DNA of 64,000 bases from Amoebidium appalachense (taxonomy: Eukaryota; Protista; Ichthyosporea), in assembly GCA_963693365.1 (NCBI GenBank), contig CAVNZM010000005.1, positions 992,001 to 1,056,000 of the forward strand, read 5' to 3'. Position numbers and translations under genes: made by a program. The first letter of the stretch is position 1. Every line of letters begins with the position of its first letter. The notes beneath the pieces were generated by a model. The model saw only the letters and a list, made by a program, of their open reading frames with translations. It searched no databases and had not been told where the DNA came from. Positions 42,610 through 64,000 of this stretch are shown here, piece by piece.

Positions 42610-43611
42610 GCTCGAATCGACTTGTGGTCTGCAGAACCCTACCGGCCGCTGTTCACTCCCTCTCGCCTCCTTTCACTTCTGGTATTGTGGTGGTTGTCTC
42701 ACCGCTACACACACGAAATATCACACGGAAAAAGCACTCTTTAACAACCCAGAGCATAGACCATGCCCTTATCTGCACTATGTGGAAGGGGCAAGGTCAC
42801 ATACTGTAGCAACGAATGTTTTCATACTGTCATAGTCCTGTAGGTTGGTTGTAAAGGTGCCCTTCTTTTCTTTGCCCTATCTTGACGGGAAATATCGTGG
42901 TTCCTCCTGGATTATTCCGCATTTTTCTAGCTGTCGATATGATTCGAAAAGGTCTGTTGCAAATTGTGGTGGGTTGGATATAGGCAGTATTGGTGGTGAA
43001 CGGAAAGAGGGGGGGAGGGGGGGGGGGGGGGGGGGGGGGGGGAGGAAGACTGTGCTGGTCAGTGTTTTTTTTTTTTTTGGTTTGTTTGTTTGTTTTTGTT
43101 CTGTATGGCATGAAGGCAAACTGTAGATGAGAAAAAAAATACTGTACAGGCTACTGCCTGAGTCAATTAATTAAAATTATAAAAAGCCCTTCTCAAAATT
43201 TGCCATTAAAAGTCCCTTTGAAAAGAGGGAATGGGGAGCGGCTGCAAATAAAGAAAAACTTTAACATATGCTTCTGTAGCCCGCTCTTTGGCATCACATC
43301 AGAAAACGGAAAAGCCAAAAAAAAGGGCAGGAATAACTTGCCCCCCCTTATCACAAAAACTTACTATTAATAATATATGTGGGTTCTAAAACAAGGGTTT
43401 AAAATACAAAATAACGAAAATGCCTGCAATACTACAACCTGCAGGTCCATGGCCATGCTTCATACACATCTCCGGCGTGTGCTACGACTCGGGGTGCTCT
43501 TTCAAGCTTGGATTTTAGGTCGGTCAGAACCTCTTTCTCATCTGGGACTCAAACTCGTACGGTGTACGTGGCACTTGTCCGGTAGCCTGACGTCATAACC
43601 ATTCTCCCCTC

Positions 43612-43929
43612 TCACTGGGGCGTTATCAGGGCTGTTGCCTTCGTAATCTCACTCGCCTCCTTTTGCACCGACAGCACTTTTGCGTAAATGGCCTCGCGTG
43701 GCACGCCCATGGCCGTCACCCTGCTAGTGTGCTTCTCCACATATGCTCTCGCTGTCTCCTCACTTGCGAACATGTAAACTCCCCCGGCTGTTTTGTTTGC
43801 CAAGTCTTCAGTCCAAATCTTCCACATGAACCCTGGCTCCTGGGTAATGGAGTCGGCAAGGCCGACGATCTGGGGCGACACCTCCATGGGAACATGAAAG
43901 GGGAAGTCGAAGAACACGAGTGTTGCCAT
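43612..43929 (-). CDS. ydhR: YdhR-family putative monooxygenase (dimeric alpha-beta barrel); intronless, bacterial-like
   Basis: MATLVFFDFPFHVP...LADSITQEPGFMWKIWTEDLANKTAGGVYMF...ARAYVEKHTSR...AKVLSV..ASEIT closely follows E. coli YdhR (LAESINQEPGFLWKVWTE..EAGGIYLF..YLEKHTARL) as I recall it. Confidence 0.9.
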   Translation of the reverse strand: MATLVFFDFPFHVPMEVSPQIVGLADSITQEPGFMWKIWTEDLANKTAGGVYMFASEETARAYVEKHTSRVTAMGVPREAIYAKVLSVQKEASEITKATALITPQ

Positions 43930-44342
43930 GTTCGATATGTGCGTGGGAGGCAGTAAACGTTAGCGATAAACGTATATGTAACCGAGTTTGAAATTTTTGG
44001 GAAACACAACAGTAAAGCACACAAATTGACCGCGTGGAAAATGAATATAGTGGCCCTCGGAGTCGGCTGGCTATGGCCGAAGCGCTAGCTGGCCCACGAA
44101 AAACGTCCCGTGCCCGGGGGGCAGGCACTGGTAGTAGTCTACAGGGGGTGACTGAAATTAACGAGGATGAAACCATGGAATTTCGGTGATCGGTCTCCGG
44201 GCCAAATTCACAAGAAAAACAGGGTTACATCGAGAGTGAAAAGGTAGCCGAATTATGCGCTAGAACCAAAAATTTTGCATGGTAATTATTTAAATAGTGT
44301 TTTCTTAAAACGTTCAGTACAGAAAAATTATAACTCAATTGG

Positions 44343-44460
44343 TTCGGTGTCAGCGACTGACAAACCAACTGCACCCGAAATCTGGTACGTTTTGGTGCTA
44401 ATTTTAGTTTCAAACCGTACCAGATTTGGTGTAGATGGTTTTTTCGTCGCCAACGCTGAA
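44343..44460. repeat. ~118-bp imperfect palindrome in an AT-rich block, probably a DNA-transposon remnant
   Basis: accaactgcacccgaaatctggtacgttttg / caaaccgtaccagatttggtgtagatggt, with outer arms ttcggtgtcagcgac / gtcgccaacgctgaa. Confidence 0.7.
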
Positions 44461-45189
44461 CACAAGATCATGGGTACTTAGAAAACAGGGGCTAAATGTG
44501 GGATTTTTCAGGGACATGTACAATAGCTAGGGTATCTGAGCCATTAACCGTTTTTGTACTCGATCTATGCAATATCTCAGCTCCCAATAGAGATAAACCG
44601 ATACTTTCTTTTTGTCGGAGAAATAATACAGTGTATATCTTCACTCTATAAAATAAAAATGGCGCTTCTGGTCTAAGTTATCAATAAAAACATGAAAAGC
44701 AAGAGGTGTCTAGATCTTACCATTAACCGAACACTTTGATCTTTACATCCATTCGTTGCATATCATATGTTTACCGTTGCCAGGATGCTTTCACGTCAGC
44801 ATCTGTGGGTCTGATGGGATGTCGACAGAAGCTCATATTTATCAGCGTTATCTAGAAAAAAGGTAGTCAATAATATGGAATAATTATTTCAACCATATCA
44901 AAAAGTCTCTGATGAATTAGAGCTTTTCTAAAGACCTTTTCCAGGTGCTCCCCCCGGGCACGCATAAAATGTACACGAACGAATCGGAACGATTTAACGG
45001 AATCTCGATGTCGACGTTAAGGAACCAATCGATTTCAGCTACCGCACTTACTTACATCAGGACCGGATCTGATCAGAGCCAATGAAATCACCAGATCTGG
45101 TGTTCGGTTAATGGTTGTTCGGTTGCAAAACGCATCAGCCTTAAATGATCTTAAAATTTACTTGGGGTGGGTTGTGTCCGCACGGGGAG

Positions 45190-46227
45190 TAAGGGTATGT
45201 AAATCTATCTCAAAAAAAAGCCTATCTTTCTTTTAGATTTTTCCCAATCTTTCCCAAAATCGACCTAACTTTCCTAGATCCTTTCCCGGAAATTCTTGAA
45301 AAATGAACCTATCTTTCCCAAAATCTTTCCCACCAGGTACCTATCTTTCCAAGAAATTTCCCGTCTTTCTCGAAAGCTACCTAAATTTCTTTCGAAATTT
45401 CTCGCCATAAACACATATACACACGCACCCGCACAAAGTGAACACACGCACACGCGCACACACTTCATGGTTGGTGGGCTCAGTGGCAATGAGATCGGCC
45501 ACCAGAAAAGTGGAAGTGGTACTTTTACGTTTCGTAATGCTGACAGCTGCAGCAGAGAATGAGGCCATTTTGAAAAAATTCGAGTACAAGTAGAGATCGT
45601 ACGGTGTTTCTGTCACTCAAGTTACAGCATATATACCCTTCCAAAGTGTCAACAATCGCTTGCAAACATTTGTTTTCATTGGTTGAATGCTGCGAATTAC
45701 ATTAATCTTGCGATTTCAGCCACTACAATCGTTTCCCTCCAAGAGTAAATTTTTTTAAAGTGGTGCTTAGGCTGCACTGGCGGGCCCGCCAAAAAGGGCC
45801 TGTTCCGGCCAATTATAGCCAGTCAAGCTCTTGTTATGCTCACTTTAATTGGATTACAAGCAATCCCATCGCCCCTCTCTCAGGAAAACAATGTCATTGG
45901 ACATGGTTAGGCCTCCTACCTTTTTTGGTTTGTTTACGAGTCTTGCAGTCCAATCATGTGCCTTCCAAAGGAAGAGGGCAAAAGCCGGTAAACCATACCC
46001 TATATACCACACACATACCCCTAGACCACGAGAAATTTGGATCTTTCCGGCCTACTTTTTTCGAAATTCCCGAGATAGATCGCTCAAATCAAACAAGATC
46101 ATCTATCCCACGATATGCTAAATTTCTCGCTCCTTTCCCAAAATTTCACCTATCTTTCCGGCAACTTTCCTTTCCCGCAAGGTACCTAAATTTCCCGAGA
46201 ATTTCCAGATAGATGTACATACCCTTA
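45190..46227. mobile_element. Non-autonomous hAT-superfamily DNA transposon (1038 bp)
   Basis: TIRs taagggtatgtaaatctatct / agatagatgtacataccctta with 1 mismatch. Perfect 8-bp TSD acggggag at 45182-45189 and 46228-46235. Dense subterminal acctatctttcc and aaatttc(c/t)cg repeats at both ends. No transposase ORF. Confidence 0.9.
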
Positions 46228-46240
46228 ACGGGGAGGGGAA

Positions 46241-46288
<48 letters not shown>

Positions 46289-46494
46289 TTCTATTCTTAT
46301 ATAAGAAAAAGGCCGACTATGCTAATATAGCTTATTTAAAAGGGCAGTCATCTCAAACAAGACTTCGAACGCTGATCTTACACACAAAAAAGTCGAATCA
46401 AAGCTGGTTCTGGCAGCTGGCTGCACATGTACATCTTTGAAACCGCATATGAGTGCACACAAGGCACACCTGCTAACGCACGGGCGTGCGTGCT

Positions 46495-46591
<97 letters not shown>

Positions 46592-46876
46592 CATGGCGGG
46601 GGGGGGGGGGGGGGGGGGGGGAGGCGTGTGTGTGTGTGTGCGCGCGTGGGTGTGCATGTGGAGGGTTGGTGTGTGTATGTGTAGTATGTGTGTGTGTGTA
46701 TGCGCACGCATGCGTGCTGCATGTATTTGTATGTGTTATGATATATGAATGTGTTATGTATGAATTTAGTCGATGTGTATGCACACGGCCACGCGTGCGC
46801 GTGCACGAATGCGTTCGTGTGTGTCTGGGCATGCCGCGACGGCGCATGGTGCGTGAGTATGATGCCATATGTACAC

Positions 46877-47133
<257 letters not shown>

Positions 47134-48121
47134 GCACGTCTCTGCCCCAGTCTTTTGTTGAGCAAATCATTGGCGTCGTTGCCGTGAGCCCTTATCTCGT
47201 AGCCAATCAGCTACCAGAAGCACCGTACCGCTGGAATTTTTAAGTTCACTGTGCTTGACACAGTCCGTCAAACATAAGGCTTCCATGTTTTGTGAAGTTA
47301 GCTTGTGAAGTAAGCTAATCTAACGTAGATACTTTTATGTTTTTGGCTGCCAGTAAAATTAGGGTGCATTATTATGCACATACAGCGATGAAAGTTTGTC
47401 GGGCTGGCGTTTGTGTGGGCAGTGTGACAGGCTGTGTGGCTTGAGTAGCAGTGGTAAAAATAGACACCAACACCACCACAACCACACATGTTGGCTCTTT
47501 TAAAAACCCCACCTACTCCGTTTCACAAGGCCTTGTCGAGTCGCCCGCTGGTTACCTGGATAGAGCGTATTGTTCTTCCCAAAGTAGAATATATCATACG
47601 CTTAGCCGGGCCGGAAGGGCTGAGCAGGCCAATGCAGGCACTGACAACCGCCATTCTTGTGGGACTGATGGCAATCTTGGAAGTGCTTTTTTTCGGAGAA
47701 TACTTCAAGGAACCGGATCTAGGCATTCATGCACCAGCTTTATTTCCAGGTATGGCTTTGTGAATACGTTTTCCAACCTTAACATTGGGCTGTTTGTCGT
47801 TTTGTTTCGTCTTCTTTCTTTCTGCAGCAGGGTTTGCAGTGGAGCCGAAAGTATTATAGCAGACGGGGGGTGCTTGCGCACAGCTCCAAGTGAGACAGGT
47901 ATACACGCACGATTTTAAGGGAATCAATTGCAGGTTCTGCAACTGCATAGCGCTTCTAGATAGTAACAATGACTCATCTATCGTTTTCGAAACTTTCTTC
48001 TGTCAAAGTTCAACTTTGCTTTGTCTGGGCACACATGAAAACACCTGGAAGGCTGCTTAGAAGCACCTACCAATGCTCTGTGTCGGGGCCTGCAGCCAGT
48101 GCTCTCGCCGCTCATCTCTAG

Positions 48122-55910
<7,789 letters not shown>

Positions 55911-56651
55911 ATTGGACCATGACCTCACCTTACCCAACCCCCCCCCAACCCCCCTCTCCCCCCCTCCACCCCCTCCCCCCGCCCCGCCCCTCTCCCTTCG
56001 CTTTCCTTCCTTCATGGCAGAAGCTTGACGTGTGGGGGAGTAAGGGGGTGGAAAGGTGGAGGAGAAACGGGGGGGGGAGGGGGGGGGGGAGGGGAGGGGG
56101 GGGGGGGGGTCTACCTGACGAATGAGGAGCAATCAGCTAGCAGAGTGTAGCAAATTGACACTACTGGTGTGTGTTTTTCGAAGTTCTTCTCTTTTATGGT
56201 CGGTTTAGTTTTCTGCCACACAGACCTGTTGTTTTTTTGATTCTTCTTGCCCTGTGTATAATATTTGAATTTTCTTTTCCACGGTGTATCTGTGCTGTTA
56301 TCTTTGGGGAACTTGCAATGTGAATGGCTCCCCGTTTTTTCGATTGGGGACCTCAACCACTGCCTTGGCTAAGTATCGGCTGTTGTAGTGTCACAGTGGT
56401 TGCTTTCAGGGCTCTATTTCTGTCATCAACTCATGCGTTGTGACGGATTTAATTGTTAGAAAACTTACGTGTGCCTGACTAACCTTTCCTTCCTTCAATG
56501 CCCTGTGTTCAGTAGTATGTATCAGATATGAATATGATTGTCACTGATAGCGAAATAGCGTTTAATTCAAACAGCTGGCTGCCACGGCGCCATTCACTGG
56601 TATTACTTGTTGATGAAATCATTTGACTCTGGTTTCATAAGGCCGACTACT

Positions 56652-56691
<40 letters not shown>

Positions 56692-56788
56692 ATAACCATC
56701 ACCACAACCACCACCACTACCACACGCGCGCGCGGGCCTATACCATGGGGTCACTACAGGCCGTAAACATAAGCCCGCACACAAAAAT

Positions 56789-56827
<39 letters not shown>

Positions 56828-56844
56828 GCGCAGAAATACACACA

Positions 56845-56905
<61 letters not shown>

Positions 56906-57846
56906 ACTGGCACTGTCGTGCAGAATTATGTTAGCACCATACCTCACAAACACATGGCATATGCATTGCCCACATCGTCAAGCACGTGCGGACAAAATGT
57001 TCTCGTCTTCAAGAAGTTGGGCTATTTAATTATTAATTGTACATAAGCACCGGCAACTGTCATTCTAAAAACCAACAAAAAAACGTGTTTCGACATGCAT
57101 CACAGTCAGTGACACAAGAACACACACACACGTGCACACACATGTGGGGGGCCATTCAGACATCGTCACGCGCATAAAAAACCAGCAGGCTACCGTCCAC
57201 GGCCATCTTGAACCGCATACGCGCGTGACCATAGCAAGCATTCAATTGGATATCCAAAAGTTCGAACTGACGTTTAGATTGGTGGATCTGTTCAAGCAAC
57301 TCTTATTGGCTCATGATCTACCAATCCGTTAATCTATCCAAAATGCTAGTTGGTTCAGATGATGAATCAGATCTACAGGATCTAATGGATCTCCGAATTT
57401 CGAGAATCATGCAGAACTGCAGAGTCCGGCCATGCCGCTATGGCACCTTCAGTAATAGCTGCGTGCACACTCATTTATTACTCACTACTAAATATTAAGG
57501 ATAGGCATAATAGTATTCATGCTTTATATCTAACGCTGCAACTGTAACTGTACGTACCTATTCAATGATGTACACATGCGTGTGGCTTTCAATGCTTCCA
57601 GCAAGTAGCCTTCCAACCGGCATCCCGTGAACAGGGTAGTAGGCCAATTGCAATTTTCTATAGCTATAAAGGTTATCAAAGCAACCTGAAGCTTCGAGAA
57701 GCACCACTGCTCTTACACCTGTAGATAAGAGCCACCACTATATAAGCCTCAAGATGCCATTCCTTTTAGACCACATCTGCGTTCACTGAAACGGATCAGG
57801 TTCACAGTCGTGTACAACACACACAACTTCATTCACAATCACCAAA

Positions 57847-59990
57847 ATGCTGAGCAAGCAGGTTTTGGCGGCACTTTTGGCCACTCTCTGCGCCGACTCC
57901 ACGCTCGCGTGGTGGCACCCAGGGCACGAAATGTCCGGGCAGGTGGCCAACATGACCATGAGTAATGCGGTTGCCAAGGAGAATGTGCAGAAGCTGCTGC
58001 AGATTCTGGACCCCCTCCCCACGCTGTCCAAGGCCACCAGCTGGCCCGACTACCAGAAGGAGGTCGGCGTCAAGGCATTCGACAACTTCCACTTCCACAG
58101 GTACGCCATTGCATGTGTCTTCATCATTTGTACAATTATTGCTCATTGCAAAGGAGAGTTGTACGTGAGTTGCACGTTCAGTGATTTGGCAGTGCGTCAA
58201 TATGTCATATTAAATGATTGTCATGTTCCACTGGAACGTGTGTGTCCATGCAAATACACAACCAGCTCACCCTATTCCTCTCCCTGCAGTCTTGCCATCA
58301 CCGAGTGGGCCGGCAACAGCATCGACTGCTACGTTGACGTGGAAGTGTCTGCCCTCTCCGAGATCTCGACCATGGTGGCCACCATTGCCCAGCCCAAGAC
58401 TCCCTCTTGGTACCGCGCCTTTGCCCTGCGCATGATTGCTCACATGGTCACAGACATCCACCAGCCCTTCCACACGGCCTCGCGCTGCCTCAAGCCCCAC
58501 CCCGACCGTGTCGGGGAGTGGTACGACATGGGCGGCAACATCGGCAACAAGTACAATGTGACGGTCAACCCCGAGAAGAAGCTCTGGAACATGCACATGA
58601 TCTGGGACGGTGCCGCCCACTACTCCAAGGCGTCTGCTGAGGAGGTATGCAGAACCTCATTTGAAATTCCATTCCATCCACCTAAATTTCAGCCCTTCCC
58701 TCCGCCCCTCCCCCCCCCCCCCCCCCCCCCCCTTCTCCCCGGGCCCGCCCCCAACGCACCCAACGCACACCGACACAAACCGGGACCCTAGCCATAGCAT
58801 TGCGCTTTCTTGCTGGGCCCCCCGCTACTCCCTTTACGTTGTTTGACACCTCTTCCCTTCGTTCTACTCTAAAATATTCCGCCGACACACCATATGCACC
58901 CCATTAATTACTTTCACTGACCCCATTACCTTACCTTCTTTAGGTGTTTGCAAATGCGGCCAACATCACCAAGCGGTTCCCCATCACCTCCGAGGCCGAC
59001 CTAGCCATCCGCCTGGGCAACAAGACCTTCCCCGTGCATCTTGGCCTGGACGAGGTTAAGGCCCTCAACTTCTCAAAGAGCGACAAGGACCTGACTGAGG
59101 ATGTGCGCAAGGTCGCTGAGAAGGTACGAAGAAATACCCCCCCCCTCCCCCCCCCCCTCCCCCGCCCCCCCCCCCCCCCCCTTTCCCGCCGAAAAAAAAA
59201 AAAAAAAGAAAGGCACAGTACCCTGTTACTCCGGGACCCCCCCCGGAAAAAAAAAAAAAAAAAAAAAAAAAAAAACACGCATTGGCACCCAAAGACACGT
59301 GTACATGTACATACACGCAGACAGGCACACCCACGCACGCACAAACGCATGCATGTGCGCATACACACACACACACACCCTGGAGGCCTATGTGCCCCAC
59401 TGGCAGTCTTCTCGGAGCCTGCAGCTGTGTGATGCTATGCTCCTGAGAGAAGGACGGACAATGAGCATGTGCTAACCCAGCTTTTCCTCCCCCTCTCTCC
59501 CCCCGCCCCCCCTCCCCCCACCCACCCACCCACCCATCCCCCCCATCCATCCCCCCTCCCCCTCCTCTCGCTTCGTCCTCTTCTCGCTCCCGTGCAACAC
59601 CCCTCCCCCCTCCCCCCCCCGTCCCCCCCACACCCACGCACACACACACAACAGTGGGTGATGGAGTCTCACGCCCTTGCCATCGAGCTCAACAACCTAG
59701 CCTACAACAGCAGCAACCCGTTCCCCTCGCCTGCCCCTGCCCCCGTGGAGCAAGAATACATCGAGATGGTGCGTGAGGCCGCACAGAGGCGCATTGCTGC
59801 CGGTGGCTACCGTCTGGCTGCCATTCTTGATAAGGCCCTTGGTGACGCCCCATTGGCTAATCTGACTCTGACTGCCGGCCAGCCATGCCCAAATATGGGT
59901 AGTCTGGAGAAGGAGAGTGCTGCTTCAACTACCGCTGCTGGGTTTATGGCTGTGACGGTTGCGGCGATCTCGTCTGTTCTTGTGATGTAA
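57847..59990 (+). CDS. S1/P1 nuclease family, secreted, probably GPI-anchored; 4 exons
   Basis: Signal peptide then WWHPGH; WPD; FHF; HMVTDIHQPFH; DMGGN; NMHMIWD; WVMESHALA; AQRRIAAGGYRLAAIL. Ends with small residues and a hydrophobic C-terminus. Confidence 0.92.
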
Positions 59991-61619
59991 ATTCGGAAAT
60001 TTGGGGATCTGGGTGGATGTGGGCCTGGCCCTAGTGACGAGATGTACCAGCACTTGTAGATGTGTTTTTGTGCTTAGGACGCGAGTGTTCAGATCTAACT
60101 GAAATTTGATGTTTAAATGTAAGTTTTGAAGTTATCCTAGTTTGTCTTTCTTAATCTCTGCCTCGTGCCGCACTGTGTGCGTGCCCTCTCTGTTTAATTT
60201 CTCAACCCTTTAAAACAGTCCTTTTGATTGCAGGAACCAATGGAAAAACCACCCAAAAATACAATCTGAATACTCTTCCATCTACTGAGTTGTGACTCGA
60301 CTCATGTCTCTGGGTGAGCCTTTCCCATCCTAGCCTTAAAGTTTTCAAACTCTAACGGCAGTGTTTCCACCACCGTGGGAATGCACATACACGTTATCTC
60401 ATGAACGCGAGACACAGTGACTCGAGTAGTATTTTCTACATTGTCGCAACTCTGTTCTCAACACATGCACGGACGGACACACATATATCGGCACGCACGC
60501 ACACACTCACACACCCACACACACACACGTACACGTGCACACACACACGCGCGCACGCGCATACTGCGTGGGCACACACGCGCGTTTGCGCGCACACACA
60601 CACCTCCTTGCACATGGTCACACTCACACACATTGTACCACACGCCGCATACTGCATGCGATCACACATGTCGAAATGTGCTCGCACAAGCAGTATACCG
60701 CTTATAAACACCCGTGCATACATACCGACGGTACACACACAAACGGCCATAGCCTGGGCAAGCAAACACGGCCAATGCACATAAAATGATTTCGCGGTTC
60801 ATCCAAAGTATGGCACCATGCCAAAAAAATTCAGAAATATATTTTATTTGTTTATTTTATTTGTTTAGAAATATATTTTATTTGTTTCTGGTTTATAGTC
60901 CCCTCGTACATTACAAACTTGCAACAGTACATACAATCACCAGCAGAGACTCAGTTACGGGAACCGTATACAAACACATTTACGCAATGCTATAGATAAC
61001 ATCGCCGTAAGACCACTATCTTAGCATAACCATGGTTTGCACTAGCACTATACGTTATTTCACACTTTTTTTTTTTTTTTTCCGGGGGGGGGGGGGGGGG
61101 AAGGCTTATAACTACGGTTACACATTATCTATACCCGTCACAGTACAACCTTTTTTTTTTTTTTACTTTTTTAAATTTTCCTTACAACCGATCTACACAC
61201 CATGTACCTGTAACAGAACCAGGCCCTCCCCCCCCCTCCCCCCTCCACCCATCTTTTTTTGTTTAATTTTTTTATAACTATTTTACACATTATCTGCACC
61301 GGTAACAGGACAACATTACCTCCTCCCCCCCCCCCCCCCCCCCCCCCCCCTCCCCAGTTTTTTATTTTTCATTTTTATAACAAATATAAATGTTATCTAT
61401 ATCAGTAACAAACCCCCCACCCACTCCCCTTTTTGTTTTGATTTTGAATTTCTTATCACCAATTTACATATTATGTATACCCGCAACAGAACTATCCCCC
61501 CCCCCCCCCCCCCCCCCCCCCCATTTTTTTTTTGATTTTTTACAACGAATTTACATTTAATCGATAACCAAGTCACTCCCCATGATCCGCATGTTTTCCT
61601 CTCTTCCACATGACTTGCT

Positions 61620-63790
<2,171 letters not shown>

Positions 63791-64000
63791 CTTCTGCAAA
63801 GACGTTTTGTTGCGGACAGGCGGGGAAAGTCGTCTTCAGGGATCGATTTTAAATTTTTGAGAACACATGTTAGTCTGTGTGTAATAGTGCTACTTGTGTC
63901 TTCTTTTCTCATTCTTTGTGAAGCTTGTTTGTTGGAAAGTGCATTTAGTCTGTGTGGGACCGTGTGCTCCTTGCTGTGATGCCTTAGATTTCTCTTTCTG

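Noticed and set aside
45460-45960. Transposase or Fanzor/TnpB cargo inside the hAT element
   Set aside because: Only short ORFs, with no RuvC, DDE or zinc-finger motifs.

Overview
Intron-rich genomic DNA from a eukaryote. The gene set suggests a unicellular opisthokont or holozoan such as an ichthyosporean, but that is inference. Introns are full of poly-C/poly-G runs and CA, CT and GCAC microsatellites, so most ORFs in the track are spurious. I can assemble about ten spliced or single-exon genes: rhodanese (partial), NF-YC, a class C GPCR with a bacterial-type solute-binding ectodomain, a tandem GH114 glycosidase, a secreted Cys-rich protein with a ZP-N-like segment, an ElaA/YjcF-like GNAT, ING3, an intronless YdhR monooxygenase, an EEP-family sphingomyelinase-like enzyme and an S1/P1 nuclease. 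There is also a non-autonomous hAT element with TIRs and an 8-bp TSD. The most notable signal is a dispersed element with 8 copies. All copies are intronic, lie sense to the host gene, end in a conserved 3' tail against a poly-C tract and are variably 5'-truncated. Its two main subfamilies share a ~160-nt multi-stem, pseudoknotted RNA fold supported by compensatory changes, which matches no ribozyme or riboswitch I recognise. The longest copy appears to keep the C-terminal end of a parent ORF. Working hypothesis: a poly-C-targeting retroelement, possibly Penelope-like, carrying a novel structured and possibly catalytic RNA in its 3' region.
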